DNA of 64,000 nucleotides from Spirochaetia bacterium (lineage in GTDB: Bacteria > Spirochaetota > Spirochaetia > SP-2023): positions 960,001-1,024,000 of the forward strand of contig OZ253665.1 in assembly GCA_965263295.1 (NCBI GenBank), in the 5' to 3' direction. The first letter of the stretch is position 1. Every line of letters starts with the position of its first letter. The notes beneath the pieces are model-generated. The model saw only the letters and a list, made by a program, of their open reading frames with translations, was not told the DNA's origin and ran no database searches. This document shows, one piece after another, positions 1-10,694 of the stretch. A program made the position numbers and the translations under genes.

Positions 1-1262
1 ACATCACACGGACAATTACGAGGAACATCTTCGGAGACGTTTTCGGACTCAGGCGGCAATGAAAGAAAATCGGCGTCGGCATTTGGCAACTTCCCATTTT
101 CATCGTGCAGTTGTTGTTTCAGTTGCTGCCGGTGACGTGCCAACAAAAATTGAATGCCAGACTGAAAAGCGACCAAAATGACTACCAGACCAATCATGAT
201 CTGCACTATCTCTGCAGGAATGCCTTTCTGTTGCATGGCACCCTGGGCAGACTGCAAGGCACCCAAAAGTAGTCCGGCATACACTGTCGCCATCGTCGCG
301 CCCTGGCCGAGCAGAGCCACTGTGATACCCGTAAAACCATAATTATCCATTGAGCCCAACAGACGACCGTATTTGAAACTACCCAAAGCGATAATCGCTC
401 CGGCCAGACCGGCAAAAGCCCCAGAAATAAACATTGAGGCCGTCATATTGCGGTAAATTGGAATACCCGCATACCGCGCACCATCCTGATTGTGGCCAGC
501 AATGCGCAATGTCAAGCCCAGGCTCGTCTTTTCCAAGACAATATAATACAAAATAACCGCCAAAATAGCCCAAAACAAGCCGTAACCTAAGTCCGATCGA
601 TTAGTTAAATCCCTCAACCAAGGAGCTTCCAGCAAAGCGGTCTGGGGAAAATCCGGCGTGCGGTAAGTATTTGTACCCGGTATCAGGCGCACAAAAATAC
701 GCGACAAAAACAGGGCGATATAGTTCATCATGATGGTACCCACCACTTCAGAAATCTGAAAGCAGGCCTTAAATAGACCGACCAGTCCGCCCCATATTCC
801 CCCGGCCACAGCTGCCAGCAGGACACAAAAGACGCTATGCAACAACGGCAGTGGCGGCAGGAGAAAAGCGGCCAGAGTGGCCGTCATCACGCCAATAGTA
901 TATTGCCCTTCAGCGCCTATATTCCACAATCCGGTCTTCAAGGCAAAGGCCATGGACAGGCCCGTAAGGATCAACGGAACAGAAACCGTGAGCCACTCGC
1001 CAATAAGGCGCGAGTTAAAAAACCGACTGCCGCCAATACGAGTCAAATCAAGGCCCAGGACGCTGCGAATAATGCTACTATACATGTAAAGCGGGTTATA
1101 ACCGGAAAGCAACAAAAAAACAGTGGCAACCAAGAAGGCCGCGACAATAATGCCCAGCGTCAGAAATGCCGGGCGACTCAATATTATGTCAATCAGGAAC
1201 AAGCGCCGCGAACGGCTCAGACAGGCATTCCAATCCAAGTGTCGGCCCTTTTGCTTTATCAC
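1..1262 (-). CDS. ABC transporter permease, nucleoside/sugar (CUT2) family; 3' end runs off the window
   Basis: Missing from the ORF track because it has no stop in the window. Manual translation of both ends from GTG 1262 gives hydrophobic helices and the family motif GLWNIGAEGQY; lies directly downstream of the ABC ATPase. Confidence 0.85.
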   Translation of the reverse strand, partial: MIKQKGRHLDWNACLSRSRRLFLIDIILSRPAFLTLGIIVAAFLVATVFLLLSGYNPLYMYSSIIRSVLGLDLTRIGGSRFFNSRLIGEWLTVSVPLILTGLSMAFALKTGLWNIGAEGQYTIGVMTATLAAFLLPPLPLLHSVFCVLLAAVAGGIWGGLVGLFKACFQISEVVGTIMMNYIALFLSRIFVRLIPGTNTYRTPDFPQTALLEAPWLRDLTNRSDLGYGLFWAILAVILYYIVLEKTSLGLTLRIAGHNQDGARYAGIPIYRNMTASMFISGAFAGLAGAIIALGSFKYGRLLGSMDNYGFTGITVALLGQGATMATVYAGLLLGALQSAQGAMQQKGIPAEIVQIMIGLVVILVAFQSGIQFLLARHRQQLKQQLHDENGKLPNADADFLSLPPESENVSEDVPRNCPCD

Positions 1263-1312
1263 AGTAATTACCCTTCCACTCGATTTGCCTGATGGGGAAC
1301 CTTTAAAAAAGC

Positions 1313-2866
1313 CTAGAGGCTCTCGCCCGCCATCAAATGGCCAATCTGTAGCTCATCCACATCACTAGCCAGGATATTCCCCATAATGTAACCATTCGAG
1401 ATTACGACAATGCGATCGGCTAGACTGATAATTTCATCCAGTTCAAAGGATACCAACAAAATTGCCGAGTTTGGCCGCACTTTAAAAATCTGCTCGTATA
1501 TATAGGCAATTGCCCGGACATCCAAACCCCGCGTGGGTTGTTCAATCAACATTATACAAGGGTCACTACTGATTTCGCGGGCCAAAATAACCTTTTGCTG
1601 ATTGCCTCCCGACATCTGCCGCAATTGAGTTTCCACCCCTAGCGAACAGCGAATATCGTAGGCCGCGATCAAGTCCCTGGCCCGCGCCCTAAAAGCCTCT
1701 GGCCGCAGCCAGCCGCACTTACTGTAAGGTGGGCGTTGAAAATCCCTCAATGTGACATTGATACCTATATTCTCCTCAAGAATGAGGCCATAACGCTGAC
1801 GGTCCGCAGGAATATAGGCCAGACCCATGTCAATGCGTTCTCGAATGCTCGTGTGCGAGACGTCGCGGCTGCGTATTACGATGCGGCCGGCTTGCACGGA
1901 ACGCAAGCCCGCCAAGGCCTGAACCAGTTCCATTTGACCATTGCCATCAACGCCCGCCAGGCCCAGTATTTCTCCTTGGCGCAGCTCAAAGCTGACATCC
2001 TTGACCGCCAAGGCCCGATTCCTGCCACAGACAGAAAGGTTTTCGCATGAAAGTAGGACCGGCCCCTGCCGTACCGAAGCCGGCGCTTGCTCGCGCAAGT
2101 CGGAAAAATCCAAATTGATACTGCGCCCGACCATCATCTGTGTCAGCTGCGCATTAGTGCTTTCAGCCACCGCAACAGTTCCGACCACTTTGCCCAAGCG
2201 CAAAACCGTGCAACGATCCGCCACCTGACGAATTTCCTTCAGCTTATGGGTGATCAGGATAATGGTTGCGCCTTCTTGGCGCAGCGTCTGCAGGATGCCC
2301 ATTAATTCCTGAATTTCTTGCGGCATCAATACGGCCGTAGGTTCATCGAAAATCAGGATATCATTTTTGCGATAGAGCATTTTTAAGATTTCGACCTTCT
2401 GCTGCTGTCCGACGGTTAGCTGCCGGACTAAATGTCGGGGATTAAGCCCTAGGCCGTAGCGCTCACAAAGCTGCTCAATCTCCTGGACAACTTGCCGGCG
2501 CCGCAAAATACCGCGCCACTGCTTTTCCACACCCAGCATAATATTGTCGGCAACAGAGAATGTTTCGACCAATTGAAAGTGTTGATGTACCATGCCGATT
2601 TTATAACGGTTGGCATCGCTAGGCCCACTGATCAGGCAAGCTTGCCCCCTGACGAATATCTTGCCGGAGTCCGGAGTATAAAGTCCAAAAATCAATGACA
2701 TCAAAGTCGACTTGCCCGCCCCGTTCTCGCCCAGCAAGGCATGGATTTCGTTTTGCCGCACCTGCAACGAAACCCTGTCATTAGCCACAATACCGGGGAA
2801 AGATTTGGTCAACTCTTTAACTTCAATGACAAAAGGCGGATCGGCCGCAGATGAGTTCAATGCCAT
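1313..2866 (-). CDS. ABC transporter ATP-binding protein with two NBDs (CUT2 nucleoside/sugar type)
   Basis: Walker A GENGAGKST, DEPT, second domain GLAGVDGNGQ and signature MSGGNQQK. Confidence 0.95.
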   Translation of the reverse strand: MALNSSAADPPFVIEVKELTKSFPGIVANDRVSLQVRQNEIHALLGENGAGKSTLMSLIFGLYTPDSGKIFVRGQACLISGPSDANRYKIGMVHQHFQLVETFSVADNIMLGVEKQWRGILRRRQVVQEIEQLCERYGLGLNPRHLVRQLTVGQQQKVEILKMLYRKNDILIFDEPTAVLMPQEIQELMGILQTLRQEGATIILITHKLKEIRQVADRCTVLRLGKVVGTVAVAESTNAQLTQMMVGRSINLDFSDLREQAPASVRQGPVLLSCENLSVCGRNRALAVKDVSFELRQGEILGLAGVDGNGQMELVQALAGLRSVQAGRIVIRSRDVSHTSIRERIDMGLAYIPADRQRYGLILEENIGINVTLRDFQRPPYSKCGWLRPEAFRARARDLIAAYDIRCSLGVETQLRQMSGGNQQKVILAREISSDPCIMLIEQPTRGLDVRAIAYIYEQIFKVRPNSAILLVSFELDEIISLADRIVVISNGYIMGNILASDVDELQIGHLMAGESL

Positions 2867-3100
2867 TCAGCACTCCAGTGGCCAAGTTTATTCTGAAAAC
2901 GGCCATTTGTCCAGCAAAAATCTTCTATCTGGCACCTGTGCCGAAGGAAAATGCAAGGAAAATGCAAGGAAAATTATAAGCGCTTAGGCCCGGCGTAACC
3001 ACGAGGCCACAGAAATCTAAGTTCAAGTTCCAGGCCTCCAGCCTGTGTGGCCAAATTAGAAACCACTTCAAGGTCGTCTTTAAAGGCGACCTGCCCCAGC

Positions 3101-4744
3101 TTACTCTGGCTCAAAGCTTCGTTCCACCAGCTGGCGAATGCTCTGAGGCCCACGATACAGACAAGCCTCCTGCAACCCAGCCAGGCTGAGCTGCCAGCGC
3201 TGGCAAAGCGCTTGCAAATATTGGCGCAAAGCTCGCTCTAGGCACTCGGCTTCGCGCTCAACGCGAAAACTCTGCCAAGCCTCCCGTTTCTTGCGCTGAA
3301 TCCTGTTCAACTTTTTCCGGCGGATTAGCATTCCAGATGCCTCATCTTCGACAATCTCGCTCCGTTGCGGCGGCAATTCCAGCGCCTTCACTTCTACATT
3401 CAGCCCATCTCTCAGGCCCCCACAGGCTTGATACAAGCGATGTTGCCAAAAGTCCGACTCCGCGGCTAAACTCTGCAGCCCTCCGCGCTCTGGTGCCTCT
3501 TGCAGTTGCAGCACAGCGATTTGCAGAGGTGAAGTGAAACTCCTGTCTTGTCGCTTTAGCTTTAAATATTGCAAAAATTGTAGCAATGGGCTTAGACCCG
3601 CACTCTTGCCAATGTATAATAAATAGCCAGTTTGAAAGATATTGTCAAAAAATTCTGGCTGGACATCATAATAAGGGCCCCACACCCGCACCGCAGCGCG
3701 AAACGCGCTAGCAGGGAGATATTGCAGGAATCCCTGCATTTCCAGAAGCAGTTCCAGCTCAATAGTTCTTTTTGTGGTTTTGTTCACGATGTTTGTTTGA
3801 GCACTTTCCTGCCAAGCTTCACTTAGCTCCGTCCAGCTCAGCAAACTTAAAGAATGTTCATTTTTCTGCCAACGCTGCAGATTCTGCGCCGCAGGTGCCA
3901 GAAAGCGCAAAATAACAAAGGCCATCGGCAGGTTCCGCGGATTCAGGCTAGGCTTCAGGCCGGATTTTAAACCAGATTTTAGACTCAATTTTAAGCCATG
4001 GGCAAAATTATTATGGCGCAATTCAGCCAATTCTAGGCGCAAACGCCAAAGGTAAAGTCGGGGAGACAATTTTTCCAGCTGCACCGGTTTTGCAACAATG
4101 CCAGACTTTTGGCGCAAATACCTAACATTACTCCAGTAAACATAAACCAGCAAACCCACTAGGCCGGCCCATAAAATCCTATGCAGATATATGCGCCAAA
4201 TCAGCCAATCATTTTCCAGCTCTAAAAACCAACAGAGCGCCGCCGACAGCAAGCCCAGATAGCCCAGTTCACAGAGCCACAAAACTTTGTCCGGCCAGTT
4301 GGGCCAACGCCGCCCAAAATCAGCCGGGCCGGCATCCCGGCTACTAAAGGCAATGCCGTTAAAATGCTGCAAGCGGGTAGCGGCCAGGGCAATGGCGGAG
4401 CAAAGCAACCAAAATCCCAGCAAGGCCAGCCACAAATAATGTTGCCGCGCGAACGTCGCCCAAACAGGACTCTGCCGCGCGTACGGCAGCAAGACGAGCA
4501 GCGGCAAAGCGCTCAAGGCCGCACCTCCGCCGTGTAGTTGAATGCGTCGTATAAAAGTATAGTGCCGCAAACGTTGAAGAATTGTGCGCTGCATCATTCT
4601 GTCCAATCGCTCATCACATTGAGGGCGCAACAACAGCATGCTCTGACGCAGTAATAACAGGAAATGCAGAATAAGTAAAACGGTGATCATAGCGACATTC
4701 ATTCCAATTAAACTGACCTGATTTATTACTGGGGCCACAGCCAT
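3101..4744 (-). CDS. Membrane protein with a degenerate ferredoxin-reductase-like C-terminal region
   Basis: 547-aa ORF with several N-terminal TM helices; VRVWGPYY and LLYIGKSAGLSPLL resemble the FNR-family GPYG and IAGGIGITP motifs. Confidence 0.5.
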   Translation of the reverse strand: MAVAPVINQVSLIGMNVAMITVLLILHFLLLLRQSMLLLRPQCDERLDRMMQRTILQRLRHYTFIRRIQLHGGGAALSALPLLVLLPYARQSPVWATFARQHYLWLALLGFWLLCSAIALAATRLQHFNGIAFSSRDAGPADFGRRWPNWPDKVLWLCELGYLGLLSAALCWFLELENDWLIWRIYLHRILWAGLVGLLVYVYWSNVRYLRQKSGIVAKPVQLEKLSPRLYLWRLRLELAELRHNNFAHGLKLSLKSGLKSGLKPSLNPRNLPMAFVILRFLAPAAQNLQRWQKNEHSLSLLSWTELSEAWQESAQTNIVNKTTKRTIELELLLEMQGFLQYLPASAFRAAVRVWGPYYDVQPEFFDNIFQTGYLLYIGKSAGLSPLLQFLQYLKLKRQDRSFTSPLQIAVLQLQEAPERGGLQSLAAESDFWQHRLYQACGGLRDGLNVEVKALELPPQRSEIVEDEASGMLIRRKKLNRIQRKKREAWQSFRVEREAECLERALRQYLQALCQRWQLSLAGLQEACLYRGPQSIRQLVERSFEPE

Positions 4745-4855
4745 AGCGAGCCATAACCAACCATAATTATGACAACGTTAAAGGGCCCGGCAAGACCTCG
4801 GCTTTTTTCTCTCTATAACCGACTCTAAATAAGAGGGGCAATCCCGCAACACAGC

Positions 4856-6718
4856 TCAGTCTTTTGGGACGTCACGGATTGCGCCCTCATCCGCGCTGGT
4901 GGCAAAGTGGGCATACATGCGCAATGCCATCGAAACCTCGCGCTGGCGCTGCGGCCGAAAAGCCGCAGGCCCCCTAGCCTCTTCTCGCCGGCGGCGAGCC
5001 GCCAACTCAGCATCAGAACAAAGCACATTAATACTGCGACACGGAATATCAATTTCAATCTCATCGCCGTCACGCAGCAAAGCAATGGCGCCGCCAGCGG
5101 CGGCTTCAGGAGAGATGTGCCCCAGCGAAAGTCCAGAAGTGCCACCAGAAAAACGACCGTCTGTCAACAAGGCACATTCTTTATCAATACCGACAGACTT
5201 CAGATAAGAAGTCGGGTAAAGCATTTCCTGCATGCCAGGGCCGCCCTTGGGCCCTTCATAGCGAATTACAATCACCTCACCTTTTTTTACCTGGCCACTC
5301 AAAATACCATCACAAGCGGCATCCTGCGAATCAAAACAGCGCACCGTACCGCGAAACTTCCAGATTTCCTTGGTCACGCCGGCGGTCTTGACGATGCAAC
5401 CCCGCTCAGCGATGTTGCCAAACAGCACCGCCAGGCCACCTTCGTCGCTGTATGCTCCCGCGCCACCGCGGATACAGCCGCGTTGCCGGTCGAGGTCCAA
5501 CTCCTTATAAAAGGCACTTTGACTGCCCATTTTCAGGTTGACATAGCCCCCCGGCGCGGCCTTGTAGAACTGCCGAATTTCCTCTGCGAGATTGGGTGCG
5601 GCAATATCATAGTGGTCAATCACTTTAAAAATTGGCCGGCCCAAGACATGATAACAGCCATCCTTAAGTAACTCTAAACGCTTGAGCTCTGCCAAAATAG
5701 CCATGACACCGCCGGCGCGGTGGACATCTTCCATGTGGTACTGCGAACTGGGAGCGACTTTGCACAAGGTCGGCACTCGACGCGAAAGGGCATCCATATC
5801 TTTCATCGTAAAGTTTACCCCTGCAGTTCTGGCAATGGCCAAAAGATGCAATACCGTATTCGTCGAACCGCCCATGGCAATGTCACAGGCCATGGCGTTG
5901 TGAAACGCATCATAACTGGCAATCGCGCGCGGCAGGATTTTATCATTGCCGCCCTCGTAGTAGTCACGAGCCATTTCGACAATGCGTTTGGCCGCGCGTT
6001 CAAACAGACGCAGGCGCTCACTGTGGGTGGCCAGCACGCTGCCGTTACCCGGCAGGGCCAAGCCCAGGGCTTCCGCCAGACAGTTCATCGAATTCGCCGT
6101 GAACATTCCCGAACAAGACCCACAGGTCGGACAGGCCGAACGTTCAACTGCGGCCAAGTCCTCGTCTGAAATCTTAAAGTTGGCTCCATAAACCATGGCA
6201 TCGACCAGATCCAATTTCTGAATGCCACCTTCCAGCTCCTCATTCTGAATCTTTCCAGCTTCCATTGGGCCACCGGAGACAAAAATAGTTGGAATATTGA
6301 GGCGCATTGTGGCAATCAGCATCCCCGGTGTAATTTTGTCGCAGTTGCTGATACAAATCAGGGCATCGAGACAGTGGGCATTGGCCATATATTCCACCGA
6401 GTCCGCAATTAACTCGCGCGAGGGCAAGGAATACAACATGCCGTCATGTCCCATTGCTATGCCATCATCAATGGCGATGGTATTGAACTCAGCGGCAAAG
6501 CAACCTTCCGCTTCAATCAATCCTTTAACCATCTGGCCTATCTCGTGCAAATGGGCATGCCCCGGAACGAGTTGGGTAAAAGAATTAACCACGCCAATTA
6601 CCGGCTGGCCCATTTGCTCCTCGCGCATGCCATTGGCGCGCCAGAGAGAGCGCGCACCAGCCATCAGGCGCCCTTGGGTACTGCGACTGCTGCGTAAATT
6701 ATATTGCTTCATACTCAT
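4856..6718 (-). CDS. ilvD: Dihydroxy-acid dehydratase
   Basis: Motifs [59 protein letters not shown]. Confidence 0.98.
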   Translation of the reverse strand: MSMKQYNLRSSRSTQGRLMAGARSLWRANGMREEQMGQPVIGVVNSFTQLVPGHAHLHEIGQMVKGLIEAEGCFAAEFNTIAIDDGIAMGHDGMLYSLPSRELIADSVEYMANAHCLDALICISNCDKITPGMLIATMRLNIPTIFVSGGPMEAGKIQNEELEGGIQKLDLVDAMVYGANFKISDEDLAAVERSACPTCGSCSGMFTANSMNCLAEALGLALPGNGSVLATHSERLRLFERAAKRIVEMARDYYEGGNDKILPRAIASYDAFHNAMACDIAMGGSTNTVLHLLAIARTAGVNFTMKDMDALSRRVPTLCKVAPSSQYHMEDVHRAGGVMAILAELKRLELLKDGCYHVLGRPIFKVIDHYDIAAPNLAEEIRQFYKAAPGGYVNLKMGSQSAFYKELDLDRQRGCIRGGAGAYSDEGGLAVLFGNIAERGCIVKTAGVTKEIWKFRGTVRCFDSQDAACDGILSGQVKKGEVIVIRYEGPKGGPGMQEMLYPTSYLKSVGIDKECALLTDGRFSGGTSGLSLGHISPEAAAGGAIALLRDGDEIEIDIPCRSINVLCSDAELAARRRREEARGPAAFRPQRQREVSMALRMYAHFATSADEGAIRDVPKD

Positions 6719-6795
6719 ATCATTAGCCCATTTTTCTACATCAAGTCTGGAACTTAATCAAGCATTCTATCAGCCTCAAGCATTGCAGAAAAGTC

Positions 6796-8070
6796 TCAAA
6801 TAGCGTGAAATAGATACTTGAGCAAATCCGCCAGTAGTCTCAAAGGCACTTCGCGATGGACATTGCCCAACTGAATGGCCACCTTGGGCATGCCGAAAAC
6901 GTTGCAAGACAACTCATCTTGCGCCAAAGCAATCCCTCCGCCATCTTTGATGCGACCAATTTCTGCGGCACCATCTTCACCCATACCGGTCATAATGACA
7001 GCCACTGTCGAAGCCGACAGGCTACTTCTGGCAATACTCTCAAACAAGAAACCAACCGATGGGACATGCCCATTCAAACGGGGAGATGATTCATCTAACA
7101 TCAACGTAATATTAGAGTTAGCTCCGAATGGTTCCACTCCCAAATGCACCTTGTCCGGGGCAATATAGATCGTTCCCGGCTTACACCGAATGCCATTTTG
7201 TGCAAACTCCACATTCATGCGGGAATAATGCTTCACAATATCCGAAAAACATGAGATAAAATTCGCACTGATATGCTGCACCAGTAAAATCGGGGCAGGG
7301 AAATCTGCTGGCAAATCCTTAAGTAATATTTTCAGCGTCTCTGGCCCTCCCGTAGAGATACCAATAGCCAGCAAATTAGGATGTCGAATCCTAGGTAGCG
7401 GCGGCCACGGCTCAGCTCCAGTTAGTAATTCCGCAAGGCTGCCAGCTCGCCAACGTTGAGATTGCAAGAATTTTTGCTTTACGCTCGTCGGTTGGGGCGG
7501 CAAGTTGGACTTAGCGTTATCTTTAAAGAAATTTCTACCGGTTTCTTTCTGTCCTTCAATATAGCTAGGTGACTGACTAAAAAAATAAGCGCTTGAATAC
7601 AGTCGAAACGTCTTGTCCACATGAGAGCCACAGCAATTTTCCACTCCTCGAAGACGGCGATAAAGATTGCCCGTATAAATTATACTCTGGCGCAGGTGAT
7701 TGTCCATTTCCAAGCACTCCGCGGCACTATCGCATCTAAATCGCGGAATAGCCATAAAAACGCCCGGCGGCAACTTAGGGTCTTGCGGCGGTATGTATTC
7801 TTTCAAATCCTCGTCAATCAAAACCAAAGGTATGTGATCACAGGTTTTATGAATATGCAGATGCAAGGGGGAATCGTAGCTGCAAATAAAAGACTTATCT
7901 AATACGGCCACCTCGACACCGTTATCCGGACTCAACATATCGAGGATCAATTTAGGCTCTGAAGTAATCGCAACAAAATCAATGCATGCTTCTCTTTGCT
8001 TAATCTCATTAATCACCCGAAAATCTATACCGGGCTTATGATGGATGAGCAAAGTTCTGATTGGCGACAT
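6796..8070 (-). CDS. cheB: Chemotaxis methylesterase CheB with a degenerate N-terminal receiver-like domain (ORF extends to TTG 8148)
   Basis: Catalytic motifs GISTGGP, VQHI and MTGMGEDGA, plus FGMPK; adjacent to cheR. Confidence 0.9.
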   Translation of the reverse strand: MSPIRTLLIHHKPGIDFRVINEIKQREACIDFVAITSEPKLILDMLSPDNGVEVAVLDKSFICSYDSPLHLHIHKTCDHIPLVLIDEDLKEYIPPQDPKLPPGVFMAIPRFRCDSAAECLEMDNHLRQSIIYTGNLYRRLRGVENCCGSHVDKTFRLYSSAYFFSQSPSYIEGQKETGRNFFKDNAKSNLPPQPTSVKQKFLQSQRWRAGSLAELLTGAEPWPPLPRIRHPNLLAIGISTGGPETLKILLKDLPADFPAPILLVQHISANFISCFSDIVKHYSRMNVEFAQNGIRCKPGTIYIAPDKVHLGVEPFGANSNITLMLDESSPRLNGHVPSVGFLFESIARSSLSASTVAVIMTGMGEDGAAEIGRIKDGGGIALAQDELSCNVFGMPKVAIQLGNVHREVPLRLLADLLKYLFHAI

Positions 8071-8081
8071 AATAAATCCTA

Positions 8082-8092
8082 CCCCCCCCCCC
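8082..8092 (-). repeat. G11 homopolymer at the 5' end of cheB
   Basis: 11 consecutive C on the + strand. Confidence 0.9.
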
Positions 8093-8171
8093 GATTGATT
8101 GAATAGTTTGAGATTTGAAATTTCTTTTTTAACTTTATTTAAGGCCAAAATTCTCGCGCTACAAAAAGTAA

Positions 8172-9287
8172 CTAAGTCTTGCCGCTAACGCGCTGAATTC
8201 TGGCCCTCAAGTCACGTAACGCTTGCGAATCAATCTTCTGCTCAGAATTAGCTTTTTCCACAATGGACAGGTCTTCACTAGACTTGTTGCGGTCAAATGT
8301 ATCTATTTTTTGTTTCTGCTTGTCAAGCAAGATTTCCGGCAAGGCCAAGTTTTTTCCGACCAAAGGATGCTGCTCCGGGATGTAACAAGTATTTTCAATG
8401 CCAGAGGGCATAAAGGGCGTAATCATGTTACTGATATATTCTGTGTGACCCAAGAACAACCAGCCATCCTTTGCCAAAACCTCATGAAATTTTTGGACAA
8501 CTCTTTCTTGGACTGTCGGATGGAAATAGATCAACACATTGCGGCAGAAAATGATGTCAAATGGAGTCGGAGCTAACCCCGTATAAGTCCCGTTACAGAG
8601 ATTGTGGTGACGAAATTCAACATTTTTGCGCACAGAATCAACAACATGAAATAACGGCTCATTGGTCTGATACCTCTCGTAGAGATCATGATTCCCGACC
8701 ACAACTTTATCGAGCATCAACTTTGACGGCGATTGGGCAATTATGCGCTGCACATCGTCCGCTTGCAATTGTTGCATGTATTTCCCCTGCAGCTCAATGG
8801 GCAACTTGTGAACCCGCCGGCCCGGATATATTCCCTGTTTGGCAATATTCAGACAAGTATCACTAATATCTGTCGCCAGAATATTTAATTTCAGGCCTGC
8901 AGCCAAGCTGTCAAGAAGCATGGCCAACGTATACGGTTCCTCACCTGTAGAACAACCAGCACTCCAAATGCGCAAGCTCCTGCGACCACTGGAGAGCAAG
9001 CTAGGCAATACATGTTTCTCAATCGTCTCATAATGAGAGGGCTCGCGATAAAAATAAGAAAGATTTGTGGTCACAAAGTCAAGAAAATCATTAAAGAGAA
9101 CTTTATTTCCAAGCAATTGATCATAAAATTCCTGCGCTGAACTTAGTCCCAGCAATTTAATTTTGGCTGAAATCCTCTGCTCTAAAACCTTCTGCGAATT
9201 GGCAGGAAAATAGATACCCGCCTTTTGGTGTAATAACTCATTGAAACGATCCAAAACAAATTGGGAAATCATATTTTTTTCCAGCAT
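8172..9287 (-). CDS. cheR: Chemotaxis methyltransferase CheR
   Basis: TTNLSYFYRE, IWSAGCSTGEEPYT, FDIIFCRNVLIYF, LFLGHTE. Confidence 0.95.
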   Translation of the reverse strand: MLEKNMISQFVLDRFNELLHQKAGIYFPANSQKVLEQRISAKIKLLGLSSAQEFYDQLLGNKVLFNDFLDFVTTNLSYFYREPSHYETIEKHVLPSLLSSGRRSLRIWSAGCSTGEEPYTLAMLLDSLAAGLKLNILATDISDTCLNIAKQGIYPGRRVHKLPIELQGKYMQQLQADDVQRIIAQSPSKLMLDKVVVGNHDLYERYQTNEPLFHVVDSVRKNVEFRHHNLCNGTYTGLAPTPFDIIFCRNVLIYFHPTVQERVVQKFHEVLAKDGWLFLGHTEYISNMITPFMPSGIENTCYIPEQHPLVGKNLALPEILLDKQKQKIDTFDRNKSSEDLSIVEKANSEQKIDSQALRDLRARIQRVSGKT

Positions 9288-9356
9288 ATAGGTTTGACAA
9301 AATAAAAATGTACTATCGCTATTAAATAATAAAAAATTTATGGCTAGAATAATTTA

Positions 9357-10694
9357 TTAACTGGTTAATATGTTTAAAAGTTGGCGGAATTTCGGCGGAG
9401 TCGGGGCTTGGGCATGGATTGCACGTCCGTCCCGCGGATGGTCAAAATCCAGGCGGAAAGCATGCAGCATTAGGTTGAATTTATCATTAGTCCAGTTTAA
9501 TCTAGATCCCCACAATTCCGCAAGTCCTTGGTCTAACTGACGTCTGCCGTAGATCGGATCGCCAACAATCGGACAACCCAAGTGCTTCAAGTGTACACGC
9601 AGCTGGTGGGTTCGTCCGGTTCTAGGACGCAGTCGCAGCAGACTAAAGACTTGCTGCTTGTCCGGCCATCTTTGCAGATTTGGGCCACTGTGTTGCCAGC
9701 TGTTGATTAGCTGGTAATCAGTCACGGCAGAGCGGATGCGACCACTGGCGCCTGTTTGCTTAGAACCATCTGGCAGTTCTCTGTAATCACAGGCGGCATA
9801 AGATTTTTGCAGTTCTTCATGACGCAACACTTGGCTGCCAAGGCGGTCAATCCAGCGAGACGCCGGGTAGGTGGTGTAGCGCTGTGGCGCCTGCGGATCG
9901 CGTATTAAAGGCAGCTCAAGGCGGCCTGTAGTTTTAGGCGGACAGCCGTGCACGATAGCGTAATAAATCTTTTGCACCTGACGTCGGGCAAACTGCTGGC
10001 TCAGCAGTTGTAGGCTCCAGGTATTGCGCGCCACCAACAAAACGCCGGTGGTATCTTTGTCCAGGCGGTGGACAATGCCGGGCCGAAAATCTGGATCAGA
10101 TTTTTCATCTATACTGATAGCAAAATTTTGTAATAAATCCGGATAACGAGCGATCAACCCCTGTACCAGGCTGGCCTCGTGTAAGCTGACTGCGCCATGC
10201 ACAGCCAAACCTTGAGGTTTATTCAACAGTACCAAGTCTTGATCTTCAAAAAGAATATCCAGGCTCATCGGTACAGCGACTTTGGCATCGAAAGTTTGGG
10301 GTAACTGCCAACAAATACGCAGCTCCTCGCCATTTTCTACCGGGTGAGAGAACTTGAGTTTATCCTGACCTCGAAACACCTCGACATTTAGGCGTTTAAG
10401 CTGACTGCGGGTTTCCAGGCCTTGCAGCTTCAGACTACATACATACTGGTCCAATCTCATGTTGGCTTGTCTGTCACTCAAAATTCTTGCTTGCTGGCGC
10501 TCCAAGCTTTGCTGTCGATGTTGTTGTTCAAGTATCTCAGTTTGTTTTTTGGCTTTATTGTGGGGAAGCTCCCGCCGAGCGTGGCTGGACGGCTGCGTCG
10601 CCTTGACTTTTTGCTCCAACTTTTGCCGGGCTCTTTGCCGATTCTGCTGGAGCTCTCGTTTCGATAAATTCACTCTCACGTAATATTCTCTCAC
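9357..10694 (-). CDS. rluD: RluA/RluD-family 23S rRNA pseudouridine synthase (start uncertain)
   Basis: RLDQY S4-like segment, NKPQGLAVH, RPGIVHRLDKDTTG, TGRTHQLRVH, GDPIYG. Confidence 0.9.
   Translation of the reverse strand: MREYYVRVNLSKRELQQNRQRARQKLEQKVKATQPSSHARRELPHNKAKKQTEILEQQHRQQSLERQQARILSDRQANMRLDQYVCSLKLQGLETRSQLKRLNVEVFRGQDKLKFSHPVENGEELRICWQLPQTFDAKVAVPMSLDILFEDQDLVLLNKPQGLAVHGAVSLHEASLVQGLIARYPDLLQNFAISIDEKSDPDFRPGIVHRLDKDTTGVLLVARNTWSLQLLSQQFARRQVQKIYYAIVHGCPPKTTGRLELPLIRDPQAPQRYTTYPASRWIDRLGSQVLRHEELQKSYAACDYRELPDGSKQTGASGRIRSAVTDYQLINSWQHSGPNLQRWPDKQQVFSLLRLRPRTGRTHQLRVHLKHLGCPIVGDPIYGRRQLDQGLAELWGSRLNWTNDKFNLMLHAFRLDFDHPRDGRAIHAQAPTPPKFRQLLNILTS

Noticed and set aside
4825..6803. 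Long overlapping ORFs on ilvD, and similar ones on polA, the M18 peptidase and the activator
   Set aside because: Shadow frames of GC-rich conserved genes with no motifs or RBS
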